This document shows, piece after piece, positions 1-10,471 of a stretch of 64,000 nucleotides of DNA. A program made the translations under genes and the position numbers. The notes under the pieces are model-generated. The model saw nothing but the letters and a program-made list of their open reading frames with translations. It was not told the origin of the DNA and searched no databases. The DNA comes from an uncultured Alphaproteobacteria bacterium (GTDB lineage: Bacteria; Pseudomonadota; Alphaproteobacteria; Rhodobacterales; Rhodobacteraceae), in contig CAVZZP010000002.1 in the NCBI GenBank assembly GCA_963779765.1, forward strand, positions 904,247 through 968,246, in the 5' to 3' direction. Each line of letters starts with the position of its first letter. Position 1 is the stretch's first letter.

Positions 1-999
1 GCGTGGTGGCTTGCTTTCTTCAGGTCTTCCAGCTCGTGTCGTCGGTCTCGTGGATCGAAGGTTTCGCGCACGACAGGCCGGGACACCAATTTACCAAGGC
101 CCCCCGCATCCTCGCCCCCCTCGCCGCCCTTCTGCGCAAGCGAGGCGCTCGGACGCAGATCGGCTCGACTTCAGCGCGGTCCATCCTGGACTCCGTGGCG
201 ACGCGGATCGACGAAGCCCGCGACATCACCCGCTACCTTGGAAACCTTCTGATCTTCCTCGGCCTTCTCGGTACATTCTACGGCCTCGCCACGACAGTGC
301 CCGCTGTCGTCGACACCATCCGGTCCCTTGCCCCACAAGAGGGCGACACCGGCGTGTCCGTCTTCGAGCGGCTCATGGGCGGCCTCGAGAGCCAGCTTGG
401 TGGCATGGGCGTGGCCTTTGCCTCGTCGCTTCTGGGCCTCGCCGGATCGCTTGTCGTGGGTCTCCTCGAACTTTTCGCGAGCCACGGTCAGAACAGGTTC
501 TACCGCGAATTGGAGGAGTGGCTGTCTGGGATCACCAGGCTTGCCTTCGCTGGCGAAGAGGGTGGCGGTGCGGACCATGGCGCCATTGCGCAGCTGGCCG
601 AACTGATGGCCGAGCGTCTGGACGCGATGCAATCCTTCTACACGGACGCGGCAGACCGCCGCGAAGCCGCCGAGTTCGAGGATCGGAGATCTGGCTGCGG
701 CGGTTGAAGGCCTGTCGACGCAACTTGCCGCCAACAATGACACCTCGCGCCTGGTGGAAAGCCAGGAGCGCCTCGCGATGGCGCTGGAAGGCTTCGCCAC
801 CGAAGGCACGGGCGGCGCCGGGGCTTTCGACCCCGAAAGCCGCATGAGGCTGAGATCGATGGACGTTCAGATGCTGCGCATCCTCGAGGAGATCTCTGCC
901 GGCCGCCAGGAAAGCATCGGCGAACTTCGTGCGGATCTCGCGCAACTGACAAAGGCGGTCCGCCTCAGCGGACGGCGGTCCGAAAGCGGCGGGGTCTGA
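1..999 (+). CDS. MotA/TolQ/ExbB-family proton-channel protein; 5' end outside the window, one frameshift near 675
   Basis: ORF 3..707 has LIFLGLLGTFYGL and GMGVAFASSLLGL transmembrane motifs. It continues in another frame (IGDLAAAVEGLSTQL...RSMDVQMLRILEEI) to the stop at 999. Confidence 0.85.
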
Positions 1000-1002
1000 C
1001 GC

Positions 1003-3151
1003 ATGGCCTTGTCGCGACGCTCTAGCGGAAGACAGATGTCGGCCACGATCTGGCCGGGCTTCGTCGACGCCATGACGGCGCTTCTTCTGGTACTGATGTT
1101 CGTGCTCACGATCTTCATGATCGTGCAGGGCGTGCTGCGAGAGACGATCACCGGCCAGGAAAGCGAACTGGACAAGCTGGCCTCCGAGGTCACGGCGCTG
1201 AGCCAGGCGCTTGGTCTGTCCCAACAGCAGACGGCGCGGCTCGAGGACGACATTGCCGCACTCCAGTCGGAAAGCGACAACCAGACAGCGCTGATCGCGA
1301 ACCTGACAGGCCAGGTCGACGCCCAGTCACGCACTCTGGCCGAGCGCGACGCCGCCATCGCAAGCTTCGAGGAACAAGTGGCGACCCTTCTCGCTCAGCG
1401 CGACGACGCGCGGGCCGAGGGCGAGCGCCTGTCCGCGACGGTCGAGGACCTGGAAGCCGCGCGTGCAAGGCTGATCAGCGATCAGGAAGCAATGCAACTC
1501 GCCTTGGCGCAGGCTCGCGACGAGATCGACGCGCAGGCCGAGGAGGCCCGTCTTGCGGCCGCCCGCCGCGAAGCACTGGAGGCCTTGACTGCCGATCTGC
1601 GGGCCGAGGCCCAAGAGCGGGAGACGTCACTTGCCTCAGCCCTTGCGGCCCTGACGGCAGCCGAAGCGCGTGAAGCGGAATTGACGACGGTCGTCGAAGA
1701 CGCCGAACGCGTCCAGGCGGAACTCGACGCGACCGAAGCCGCACGTCTTGCCGAAGCGGCCGCGGCCGAGACTTCTGAGGGCAAGACTAGCCGAGGCACA
1801 AGCGGCGCTCACCGATGAGGAGAAGGCCCGTCTGGCCGAGGCCGCGGCGGCGGAGGCCCTGCGCGAGAGGTTGAAGACGGCCGATGCCGAGTTGACCGCG
1901 ATGTCGCTTGCTCTGGAGGAACAGCGGAAAAAGGCAGAAGATACATTGACGCTTCTGGCGGCCGCCAACTCCGTCGAGGAAGAACTCGACGCCAAACTCG
2001 CCGACGCCCTGATCCGAATGGAGGCGGCCGAGGCCGGCTTAAGCGAAACGGAACTTGCGGCGACCGACCTCGAAGACAGGCTGGCGCTGCTTCAGACCCA
2101 GAACGACACGGCCACCGCCGAAATCCAGACGCTTCGGACGAGGCTGTCGGAGTCCGAAGCTCGTGTTGCCCAGATGGACGCCACTTCCGGCGAGCGCGAC
2201 ATGCAACTGGCCGCGCTGATGACAGAACGCGACGCGCTTCAAGCGGAAGTAGACGCTTTAAAGGCGGCGAACGTCGATACTTCGACATTGAGAGAGCGTC
2301 TGGCTGCCGCCCTTGCCGCAAAGATCGCCGCCGAGAACGCCGGAATCGAGCAGATGACCGAAGCGGAGCGTCAGGCTACGCTTCTGTCCACCGCCCGCAA
2401 GCAACTGGCAGAAGAAGAGGCCGTCTCGGCCGACGCGCAACGCGAGGTCGAGGCGCTGAACCAGCAGGTCGCCACTCTGCGGGCCGAGCTTGACGGGCTC
2501 CAAGGCCTTCTCGACAGCGCTGCCGAGCGGGACAGCACGTCGAAAATCCGGATCGAAAACCTCGGCACACAGTTGAACCAGGCGCTGGCCCGCGCCGCCG
2601 CCGAGGAGAAGAAGCGCGCCGAACTCGAAGCCGCCGAAGCTGAAAGACTGCGCATCGAAGCAGAGCGGCTTACCAGCGAAGTTGCCGACCTTGCCGACTA
2701 CCGCTCGGAATTCTTCGGCACGCTGCGGCGATTGCTTGGCGACCGAGAAGGTGTGCAGATCGTGGGCGACCGCTTCGTCTTCTCGTCCGAAGTCCTTTTC
2801 GAAAGCGCGTCGGCGACGTTGTCCCCCGCAGGACGATCGTCGATCGCACAGGTCGCGGGACTTCTCGCGGATGTCGCGGGCGACATCCCTGCCGGAATCG
2901 ACTGGATCATCCGCGTCGATGGTCACACCGACGACGTGCCCCTGTCCGGGGGCGGCGCTTTCACCGACAACTGGGAATTGAGCCAGGCTCGGGCTCTATC
3001 TGTGGTGAAGTACATGACCGAAGCGCTAGGCTTCCCGCCCGAACGCCTGGCCGCAACAGGATTCGGCGAATACCGTCCCGTTGATCCCGCCGATACGCCC
3101 GAGGCGCGCGCGGCCAACCGCAGGATCGAACTGAAGCTGACAGAACGGTAG
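1003..3151 (+). CDS. MotB/OmpA-like peptidoglycan-binding protein with a very long coiled coil; frameshift near 1771
   Basis: N-terminal WPGFVDAMTALLLVLMFVL TM helix with conserved Asp, Ala/Glu-rich coiled coil, C-terminal VDGHTD...NWELSQARA...NRRIE OmpA domain. Split over ORFs 1003..1818 and 1748..3151. Confidence 0.88.
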
Positions 3152-3277
3152 GCCGCTTGCGGCCTGGTGCGGGACTGCGACAGCCTTTTGTGTCCCAGTG
3201 CTGAAACAGTGTGTTCAGCCCGAACCAGCCGAGAATCGCGTTAACCTTGTCGTTGGGGCGGCAAGTATCGGTGCGAC

Positions 3278-3904
3278 ATGGGTTTTCTGGCCTTTCTGTT
3301 CCGTCCGCTGACGCGAGCGCCTTCGCGTCGTGGTCCACCCGACATCGTCGTGCGCGACGTTGTTCGGAATACGCCGACAAGGCCACGCTCCACTCCGACG
3401 TCTCGGGCGGTCACCGTTCCCCGAACGGAGTTCAAGCTCTCCGCTGCATCGCCATACCCGCGCCGCGAAGAGCGTGCGATGCGAGCGCATGCGGTGGCGG
3501 CGCATGCGCGACGGAATGGCCCACACCTTTTCAAAGGCAAGTGCTGGGTCATCGACGGCGACACGATCGTCATCGACAGTGTTCATATCCGGCTGGCGGG
3601 GATCGATGCGCCGGAACTGGATCATCCGTGGGGCTTGAAGGCCAAGTGGGCACTGGTGGCTCTCTGCAAGGGCCAGATCGTGACAGCCAAGGTCTCGGGA
3701 GATGTGTCGCATGATCGTTTGGTCGCCGTCTGCACCCTTCCCGACGGACGCGACCTGGCCGAGGAGCTGGTGAAGCAAGGCCTGGCGCTGGATTGGGCAG
3801 CCTTCTCGGGCGGCAGGTACGCCTGCCATGAGCCAGACGGCGTCCGCAAACGGCTGTGGCGAGCCGCGGGCCGCCAGAAGGCCGAACCGCGGCGTCTGCA
3901 CTGA
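3278..3904 (+). CDS. Thermonuclease (SNase) family protein
   Basis: VIDGDT...IRLAGIDAPE...RLVAVC...LVKQGLA motifs. Confidence 0.85.
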   Translation: MGFLAFLFRPLTRAPSRRGPPDIVVRDVVRNTPTRPRSTPTSRAVTVPRTEFKLSAASPYPRREERAMRAHAVAAHARRNGPHLFKGKCWVIDGDTIVIDSVHIRLAGIDAPELDHPWGLKAKWALVALCKGQIVTAKVSGDVSHDRLVAVCTLPDGRDLAEELVKQGLALDWAAFSGGRYACHEPDGVRKRLWRAAGRQKAEPRRLH

Positions 3905-3905
3905 C

Positions 3906-5213
3906 CTAGAGTTTTCGGATCTTTAGCCGGGTGATGCGGTTTTCCCGTCGGTCGAGGATCTCGAAGCGGAAACCGTGGAATGAGAAGACCTGTCCCTTGA
4001 CCGGGATCGTCTGCGCCTCGTGGATGACGAGGCCGGCAATGGTGTTCGCCTCGTCGTCCGGCAGCGTCCAGTCCATCGCGCGATTGATGTCGCGGATGGT
4101 CATGGCGCCGTCGACAAGCACGTCTCCGGCTTCGGTCCGACGGATCGGGTGGTCTTCGTCGATGTCGAATTCGTCGGTGATCTCGCCCACGATTTCCTCG
4201 AGAATGTCCTCCAGCGTCAGAAGCCCCTGAAGCGTGCCATATTCGTCGACCACCAGCGCAAAGTGAGTGGCGCGTCGCAGGAACTGCCGCATCTGATCGT
4301 CCAGAGTGGTCGTCTCGGGCACGAAGTATGGCTCCATCGCGACGTCCATGACGTCGAAGCCCTCGAAGGGTTCTGTATTCGGTTCGATCGCGGCGTAACG
4401 GGCGTAGATGGCACGCAGCAGGTCCTTGGCGTGGAGGACGCCGATGATGTTCTCCTGCTCGTTGCGGAAGATCGGCAACCGCGTGTGCGAGGAATTCAGG
4501 CAGATCTCGAGAATTTCCCGCGGGGGCAGATCGGCATCGATCATCGCGATCTTCGAGCGGTGAAGCATGATCTCCTCCACCGTCCGCTCGCCAAGGTCGA
4601 GCGCGCCCAGGATGCGATCCCGGTGCTCTTTCTCGAGGACGCCTTCGGAATGGCCGAGTTGCAGGGCGCCCGCGATCTCTTCGTGGACCGACAGGATACG
4701 GCTGTCCGGGTCGACCCGGACACCGACGACGTAGAGAAGGCCGCGCACGATAGCCCGGACGGCCCCCACGATTGGAGCGAGAAGGAAGATCACCGCCTGG
4801 ATCGGTCGCGAAACCCGGGCGGCGGCCGTCTCGGCGTTCGAGATGGCGTAAGTCTTGGGAAGGACCTCGGCGAAGATCAGGACGAGAAGGGTCATAACGA
4901 GAGTCGCCAGCGCCACGCCGCTATCCCCGAACGCGCGTGTGAAAAGAGAGGTGGCAAGCGATGTCGCCGAAATGTTGACGAGGTTGTTCCCGAGAAGGAC
5001 CGAGCCGATCAGCCGTTCGCTGTCCTCGGTGATGACCAGCGCACGCTCGGCACCCCGGTCTCCCTTCTCGGCGCGGGACTTCAGCTTGCCGCGCGAGGCA
5101 GCGGTCAAGGCCGTCTCGGATCCCGAGAAGAAGGCCGACATGACGAGAAGAAGCAGGATCGCCCCGGAGACGATCCAGTAGGTGACGTCGAGGGGCGTCG
5201 CTGCGCTGTCCAT
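3906..5213 (-). CDS. HlyC/CorC (CNNM-CBS-CorC) Mg/Co transporter
   Basis: SAFFSGSETAL, FAEVLPK, VVDEYG, TLEDILEEIVGEITDEFD motifs. Confidence 0.93.
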   Translation of the reverse strand: MDSAATPLDVTYWIVSGAILLLLVMSAFFSGSETALTAASRGKLKSRAEKGDRGAERALVITEDSERLIGSVLLGNNLVNISATSLATSLFTRAFGDSGVALATLVMTLLVLIFAEVLPKTYAISNAETAAARVSRPIQAVIFLLAPIVGAVRAIVRGLLYVVGVRVDPDSRILSVHEEIAGALQLGHSEGVLEKEHRDRILGALDLGERTVEEIMLHRSKIAMIDADLPPREILEICLNSSHTRLPIFRNEQENIIGVLHAKDLLRAIYARYAAIEPNTEPFEGFDVMDVAMEPYFVPETTTLDDQMRQFLRRATHFALVVDEYGTLQGLLTLEDILEEIVGEITDEFDIDEDHPIRRTEAGDVLVDGAMTIRDINRAMDWTLPDDEANTIAGLVIHEAQTIPVKGQVFSFHGFRFEILDRRENRITRLKIRKL

Positions 5214-5284
5214 CTGCCTTTGCGTTCCCTGGAATTTCCGTTCTTATGAGGCTTGGACCACGCGCGTTCAAGGGAGAGCAGGCC

Positions 5285-6091
5285 ATGCGCATCACGGATT
5301 TCGGGCGCATCTCCGGGCCGGTGGCCCTTTTTGGCGGGCCGTATTCCAACCTGCAGGCGGCCGAAGCCTTCTTGAGCAAGACACATGGCCTTGCGGCGAT
5401 CTGCACCGGCGACGTCGTTGCCTATGGGGCGGATGCCGCCGCCACCGTCGCCCTGGTGCGCGAAGCGGGCGTGCCGGTCGTGGCCGGAAACTGCGAGCGC
5501 CAGGTGGCGCAGGGTGCAGAGGATTGCGGTTGCGGGTTCGAGACCGGGAGCGCCTGCGATCTGTTGTCGCGCAGCTGGTATCCCGCGGCACTCGAGGCTT
5601 GCGACGCGACGGCACGGGCGTGGATGGCCGACCTGCCCGACATTGGCGTCTTCGAGCAGGGCGGGCGACGCTATGCCGTGATCCACGGGGGCGTGACTGA
5701 GATTTCGCGCTTCATCTGGCCATCATCGCCGGAGGCGCATTTCGCGAACGAGATCGAAGCAGTCGAGGCCGTCGTGGGGACCGTCGACGGGATCGTCGCA
5801 GGCCATTGTGGTATTGCGTTTCAGCGGCGCGTCGCGGGGCGACACTGGATCAACCCGGGCGTCATCGGCTTGCCGCCGCACGACGGGCGTCCTGAGACGC
5901 GATACGCCATTCTCGATGCCGGAGAGGTCGTGATACACCGATTGTCCTATGCGTACTCGGAGTCGCGGGCCGCGATGGAACAGAAGGGACTGACCCAAGG
6001 CTATGAACGGACGCTCGAGACCGGCATCTGGCCGTCCGAGGACGTCCTGCCGGTGGAAATGCGCCGTCAGCCGTCCGCGGCCAGGGGGTGA
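5285..6091 (+). CDS. Calcineurin-like metallophosphoesterase with Cys-rich insert
   Basis: CTGDVVAYG, GNCE, HGG, GHCG and NPG motifs; ATG at 5285 follows a GGGAG RBS. Confidence 0.8.
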   Translation: MRITDFGRISGPVALFGGPYSNLQAAEAFLSKTHGLAAICTGDVVAYGADAAATVALVREAGVPVVAGNCERQVAQGAEDCGCGFETGSACDLLSRSWYPAALEACDATARAWMADLPDIGVFEQGGRRYAVIHGGVTEISRFIWPSSPEAHFANEIEAVEAVVGTVDGIVAGHCGIAFQRRVAGRHWINPGVIGLPPHDGRPETRYAILDAGEVVIHRLSYAYSESRAAMEQKGLTQGYERTLETGIWPSEDVLPVEMRRQPSAARG

Positions 6092-6996
6092 TGGTCGAGT
6101 ACGAGATCCTTCAGCCTGTCTTCCAGCACATGGGTGTAGATCTCGGTCGTCGAAATATCGGCATGGCCCAGAAGCGTCTGGATCGCACGTAGATCAGCCC
6201 CTCGCGCAAGAAGATGTGTGGCGAAGGCATGGCGGAGGGTATGCGGCGTGACCTTGGACGGCAGCACCCCGCCCGCAACGGCAAGTTCCTTGATGAGCAG
6301 GTAGAAACGGTGCCGCGTCAGGTGCCCTTCCTTGCCCCGCGACGGAAAGAGGAAGCGCGAGCCGGGCGTCCCCTTTTCGATGCGAGCGGTCTCCGCGGTC
6401 TCGTCACGAAGTACCAGCCAGGCGGCCAGAGCCTTGCGCGCTGGCGGCGAGAGGGGAACCATCCGCTCCTTCCCGCCTTTTCCGCGGACGAGCAGGACTC
6501 GCGGGTCGCCCCGAGCCGCGGAAACGGGAAGCGAGACGAGTTCACTCACGCGCATACCCGTGGCGTACAGAACTTCTACGAGGCAGGTATTCCTGGTTCG
6601 GTCAGGCAGGCCGCCCATTGCGCGGGCCGCTTCGAGGAGGCAGTCGACCTCGGCCTCGGTCAGGATCTTCGGCAATCGCTTCTCTTTCGCCGGACCCTTG
6701 ATGCGGATGGCGGGATTGTCGGTGCGCCAGCCTTCTTCGAAGGCGAAACGAAAGAATTGCCGGATCGCGGACAGGCGGCGCGCGCGGGTCGCCCGGGACA
6801 GGCCCTGCGCCTCGAGGTGAATGAGGTAGCTCTCGATCTGGTCCTGGCTTGCCTCGAGCGCAGCGGTCCCGCGTCCCTTCATCCAGCCGGCGAATTCCTT
6901 GAGGTCGCGTGCATAGGCCAGCCGCGTGTTCAGCGCCGCGTCCAACTCGGCCGCCTGTGCATCCAGGAAAGCCGAGATACGGTGTTCGATGCTCAT
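6067..6996 (-). CDS. xerD: Tyrosine recombinase XerD
   Basis: LYATGMRVSEL, GKGGKER, HTLRHAFATHLL, LLGHADISTTEIY motifs; no mobile-element context. Confidence 0.92.
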   Translation of the reverse strand: MSIEHRISAFLDAQAAELDAALNTRLAYARDLKEFAGWMKGRGTAALEASQDQIESYLIHLEAQGLSRATRARRLSAIRQFFRFAFEEGWRTDNPAIRIKGPAKEKRLPKILTEAEVDCLLEAARAMGGLPDRTRNTCLVEVLYATGMRVSELVSLPVSAARGDPRVLLVRGKGGKERMVPLSPPARKALAAWLVLRDETAETARIEKGTPGSRFLFPSRGKEGHLTRHRFYLLIKELAVAGGVLPSKVTPHTLRHAFATHLLARGADLRAIQTLLGHADISTTEIYTHVLEDRLKDLVLDHHPLAADG

Positions 6997-8543
6997 GCTG
7001 CCCCCTCCATAAGGACGAGTTCGACCGCCACCTGTCTTGCCAGCGCCTCAAGCCCCAGATGCCGCAGAAGAGCGAGCGATTGCGCGGTCAGGTCGGGATT
7101 GCCGGACGCGCCGTCCATGAGCTGGGCGACCGCGCGCAAAAGCGCCTCTCCCGCGCGGCTGTCTTCGACAAGTGCCTTGTATGCCTCGCCGGGGCCGAGC
7201 GTCGAGAGACCGCGCAATGCGGCGCGGTCGAGGGGTGCCAGGCCCGGCGGCGTCCCCCCCTGCCCTGTGGCTAGTTCCAGTAGAAATTTGTCTTCACGCG
7301 ATTGAGTGGCGAAGCGCGCAGCGATGTCTGGGCGTGCAGCCAGAAGTGCGATCTCGAATGCCACATGCGCCGCCGGTCCTGTCAGATCGAGCGCGGAAAG
7401 CCGAGGCGCGGCCCAAGCCGCAAAACCTGGCGCATAGCCACCTTCGGCCGCGGCCTCGAAGGCGTCCGGCAGAGTTTCCGTGACCGCGTCGACGTCCTGC
7501 GCACGAATGGCCTCGTCCGCTGCGTGCAGCTTCGCCACGCGGTCCCAGACGCCACCGGATGCAGCCGCCTTGCGTTCGGAGAAGACGCCCAGGAGCGCGG
7601 ACACCGACATCGCATCGACCGCAGCCAAGCGTTCGGCCGCGCGGACACGGGCCTGCCAGCCCACGGTGTCGGTCAGGTCGGCGGCGGTGAAGGCGACGGG
7701 GAGCCTGTCGGTCGGAATGCGCTCGCCCACGGCTTCGTAGATTCGAAACTGCAGAGGTGTGGGAAGCGAGGGTGCCGGGGGAATCGGCTCGCCTTCGAAA
7801 AGCTCGGGGTCGAGGAAGTGACGCATGAGCGCATCCTCGTCGTCGCTGAGCATCCCGAGTGCCTGAGCATTTCCAAGTGTCAGGGCGGCGACATCCCATT
7901 TGCCCAAACGCGCGAGGCAGAAGATACGCGCCATGTAGGTCGGCGAAATATCCGGGGTCTCATCGATGTCGCGGCAGGCGTTGGTTTCGGTCCCCTTCAG
8001 AAGGGCGATGTCGAAGGCCCGGCGAAAGCGCTTGGCTTCGAGCGCACCGGCTTCCCGGATCAGCGCGTCGGCGGCATCGAGATGGCCCATGCTCAGAAGG
8101 CGGTCTATCCGCGCCAGATAAAGGCTGTCGTCGACCATTGCATCCACCGGCGGGTCCAGTCGGACGACCATGAGATCGCGCAAGAAGCGATGCAGCGACG
8201 GAGGACCGGAGGCACCGTCAGGCAAGGTCGATATGGCGCGGGCAAGATCGGCGGCCGAAGAGCGGCCCCAAATGTCCCGCGACAGTCCCAGGGTGCGTGC
8301 ATCGAGAAGGCCGGCCCGGTCCGGTCCGGCCGCTTCTATCGGAGCGACGGCGATAACGGGCGGCAGGCTTGCAGGCGCCTCCTCCGCCGGAACGGCGACC
8401 GTCTCGGGCAAGTCAACAGAGTCGGACAGCCAGTCGATGGCCGAGAGGGGCGCGTCCTCGGCTGCCCTCACCACCGTCCCGGCCAAAAGCGCCGCGACCG
8501 CAAGGACGGCGCCGCGGGCTACACTTCGGCCGTCAGTTGCCAT
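6993..8543 (-). CDS. Conserved exported hypothetical protein upstream of xerD
   Basis: Signal peptide followed by PLSAIDWLS; long ORF coupled to xerD by an ATGA overlap. Confidence 0.75.
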   Translation of the reverse strand: MATDGRSVARGAVLAVAALLAGTVVRAAEDAPLSAIDWLSDSVDLPETVAVPAEEAPASLPPVIAVAPIEAAGPDRAGLLDARTLGLSRDIWGRSSAADLARAISTLPDGASGPPSLHRFLRDLMVVRLDPPVDAMVDDSLYLARIDRLLSMGHLDAADALIREAGALEAKRFRRAFDIALLKGTETNACRDIDETPDISPTYMARIFCLARLGKWDVAALTLGNAQALGMLSDDEDALMRHFLDPELFEGEPIPPAPSLPTPLQFRIYEAVGERIPTDRLPVAFTAADLTDTVGWQARVRAAERLAAVDAMSVSALLGVFSERKAAASGGVWDRVAKLHAADEAIRAQDVDAVTETLPDAFEAAAEGGYAPGFAAWAAPRLSALDLTGPAAHVAFEIALLAARPDIAARFATQSREDKFLLELATGQGGTPPGLAPLDRAALRGLSTLGPGEAYKALVEDSRAGEALLRAVAQLMDGASGNPDLTAQSLALLRHLGLEALARQVAVELVLMEGAA

Positions 8544-8667
8544 CCAGAACAACCGGCTGGCTCACGTCCGTCTGCTGTGGCGAGAGATCGCCGAGATAGG
8601 CATAGCCCAGCACTGCCGTGCCAACGAGGACAGCCAGAGTAAAAAGGATCTTCAGCAGTCGCAGCAT
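8533..8667 (-). CDS. Small single-pass membrane protein (44 aa)
   Basis: MLRLLKILFTLAVLVGTAVLGYAYLGDLSPQQ...; overlaps the start of the next gene. Confidence 0.7.
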   Translation of the reverse strand: MLRLLKILFTLAVLVGTAVLGYAYLGDLSPQQTDVSQPVVLDGN

Positions 8668-8774
8668 TCTCACAAAACCTTCTGCCTCTGCCCCGAACAC
8701 AAGGGGTCTTTGCCGCGTGAACACGGTTCTTTCCCGATTTATAACTGGTCTTTTCCGGAAGATCACGCCATTCA

Positions 8775-9362
8775 GTGCGGCGGACCCGGAATGTTGCTCA
8801 GGACGCTGCCGAATTGCCATCGCGGCTGAAGAAAACCATCGCCCTTGTCGGGATGATGGGCGCGGGCAAGACCGCCATCGGCACGGCGCTCGCGCGGCGG
8901 CTGGACGTCCCGTTTCTGGACAGCGATGTCGAGATCGAACGCGCGGCCAATCAGAGCATCGCTGAGATCTTCGCGCGCGATGGCGAACCTTTTTTCCGTG
9001 AACGCGAAACGCAGGTCATCGGCCGTCTCCTCGAAGGTCCGCCAAGCGTCTTGTCGACCGGCGGCGGTGCGTTCCTTCGCGCGCAGAACCGCGAGATGAT
9101 CTCGACGCGCGGAATATCGGTCTGGCTGAGGGCGGAACTGGACCTGCTGTGGCAGCGGGTGAAGCACAAGTCGACGCGGCCGCTTCTGCGGACGCCCGAT
9201 CCCAAGGCGACCCTGGCCGCGATCCAGGCCGAACGCGACCCGGTCTATGCCATGGCTGACGTGGTCGTCGACGCCAATGCAAGCTACAGCATCGAGGACA
9301 TGACAGAACGCGTCCTTGCCGCCTTGAAAGCACGACCCGACGTTCTGGAGCCGCTGTCATGA
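8775..9362 (+). CDS. aroK: Shikimate kinase
   Basis: GMMGAGKT P-loop, GEPFFR, STGGG, RPLL. Confidence 0.95.
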   Translation: MRRTRNVAQDAAELPSRLKKTIALVGMMGAGKTAIGTALARRLDVPFLDSDVEIERAANQSIAEIFARDGEPFFRERETQVIGRLLEGPPSVLSTGGGAFLRAQNREMISTRGISVWLRAELDLLWQRVKHKSTRPLLRTPDPKATLAAIQAERDPVYAMADVVVDANASYSIEDMTERVLAALKARPDVLEPLS

Positions 9363-10471
9363 CCGACACCATCAGGGTTCCCTTGGGCGAGCGCGCCTAC
9401 GACGTCCGCATCGGGCGCGGCCTGATCGCGCGCGCTGGCGCCGAGATCGCTCCCCTTCTGGCCCGCAAGCGCGTGGCCGTTCTGACGGACGAAACCGTGG
9501 CCGAGGCGCAGGGCGCCGCGCTGGAGGCCGGGTTGGCCGACCATCAGATCGTCTCGACAACCCTCGCTCTTCCGCCTGGTGAGGCGACGAAGAACTGGGC
9601 CAATCTTCAGCGGACAGTGGAGTGGCTCTTGGCCGAGAGGATCGAACGCCGCGATGTCCTCGTCGCGCTTGGCGGCGGGGTGATCGGCGATCTCGGAGGT
9701 TTCGCGGCGGCAATCCTGCGACGGGGCATCCGGTTCGTGCAGGTGCCCACCTCGCTACTTGCGCAAGTCGACAGCTCGGTCGGCGGCAAGACGGGGATCA
9801 ATTCACCGCAGGGCAAGAACCTTGTCGGTGCCTTCCATCAGCCGTCGCTTGTCCTTGCCGATATCGACGCGCTCGACACCCTGCCCCGCCGCGACTTCCT
9901 GGCTGGCTACGGCGAGGTTGTGAAGTACGGTCTTCTGGGGGACGCCGGGTTCTTCGACTGGCTTGAGGCGAGCGGGCCTGCGCTGGCCTCGGGTGACCGC
10001 GATCTGCGCGCAAGGGCTGTGCGGCGGTCGGTCGAGATGAAGGCCGAGATCGTCGCCCGCGACGAGACCGAGCAGGGAGACCGTGCGCTTCTGAACCTGG
10101 GCCATACCTTTTGTCACGCGCTCGAGAAGGCAACTGGTTATTCCGATCGGCTTCTTCACGGCGAAGGTGTCGCAATCGGTTGCGCGCTGGCCTTCGAACT
10201 GTCTTCCCGTCTCGGCCTTTGTCCGCAGGAGGAACCGAGCCGCGTACGCCAGCATCTCCGCGAGATGGGGATGAAGGTGGACCTGTCCGACATCCCGGGC
10301 GAGCTTCCGGACACCGAAACTCTCATCGGCCTGATGGGTCAGGACAAGAAGGTCATCGACGGACGCCTGCGTTTCATTCTCTCCCGCAGGATCGGACAGA
10401 CCTTCGTGGCTGACGACGTCCCGGCCGACGTCCTGCGTGGCGTGTTGAGCGACGCTCTCGGCGTCCGCTGA
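9359..10471 (+). CDS. aroB: 3-dehydroquinate synthase
   Basis: GGGVIGD, PTSLLAQVDSSVGGKTG, LNLGHTF, HGEGV. Confidence 0.97.
   Translation: MTDTIRVPLGERAYDVRIGRGLIARAGAEIAPLLARKRVAVLTDETVAEAQGAALEAGLADHQIVSTTLALPPGEATKNWANLQRTVEWLLAERIERRDVLVALGGGVIGDLGGFAAAILRRGIRFVQVPTSLLAQVDSSVGGKTGINSPQGKNLVGAFHQPSLVLADIDALDTLPRRDFLAGYGEVVKYGLLGDAGFFDWLEASGPALASGDRDLRARAVRRSVEMKAEIVARDETEQGDRALLNLGHTFCHALEKATGYSDRLLHGEGVAIGCALAFELSSRLGLCPQEEPSRVRQHLREMGMKVDLSDIPGELPDTETLIGLMGQDKKVIDGRLRFILSRRIGQTFVADDVPADVLRGVLSDALGVR

Noticed and set aside
1-3151. Zorya defence system
   Set aside because: The long coiled coil is on the B subunit rather than the A subunit, no zorC/D/E lies downstream, and composition is host-like.
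3278-3904. Thermonuclease as a defence or mobile gene
   Set aside because: A common stand-alone family with host-like GC and no partner genes.
6067-6996. Tyrosine recombinase as a possible phage or island integrase
   Set aside because: XerD-like sequence in a housekeeping context (aroK/aroB, hlyC), normal GC, no att sites or cargo.
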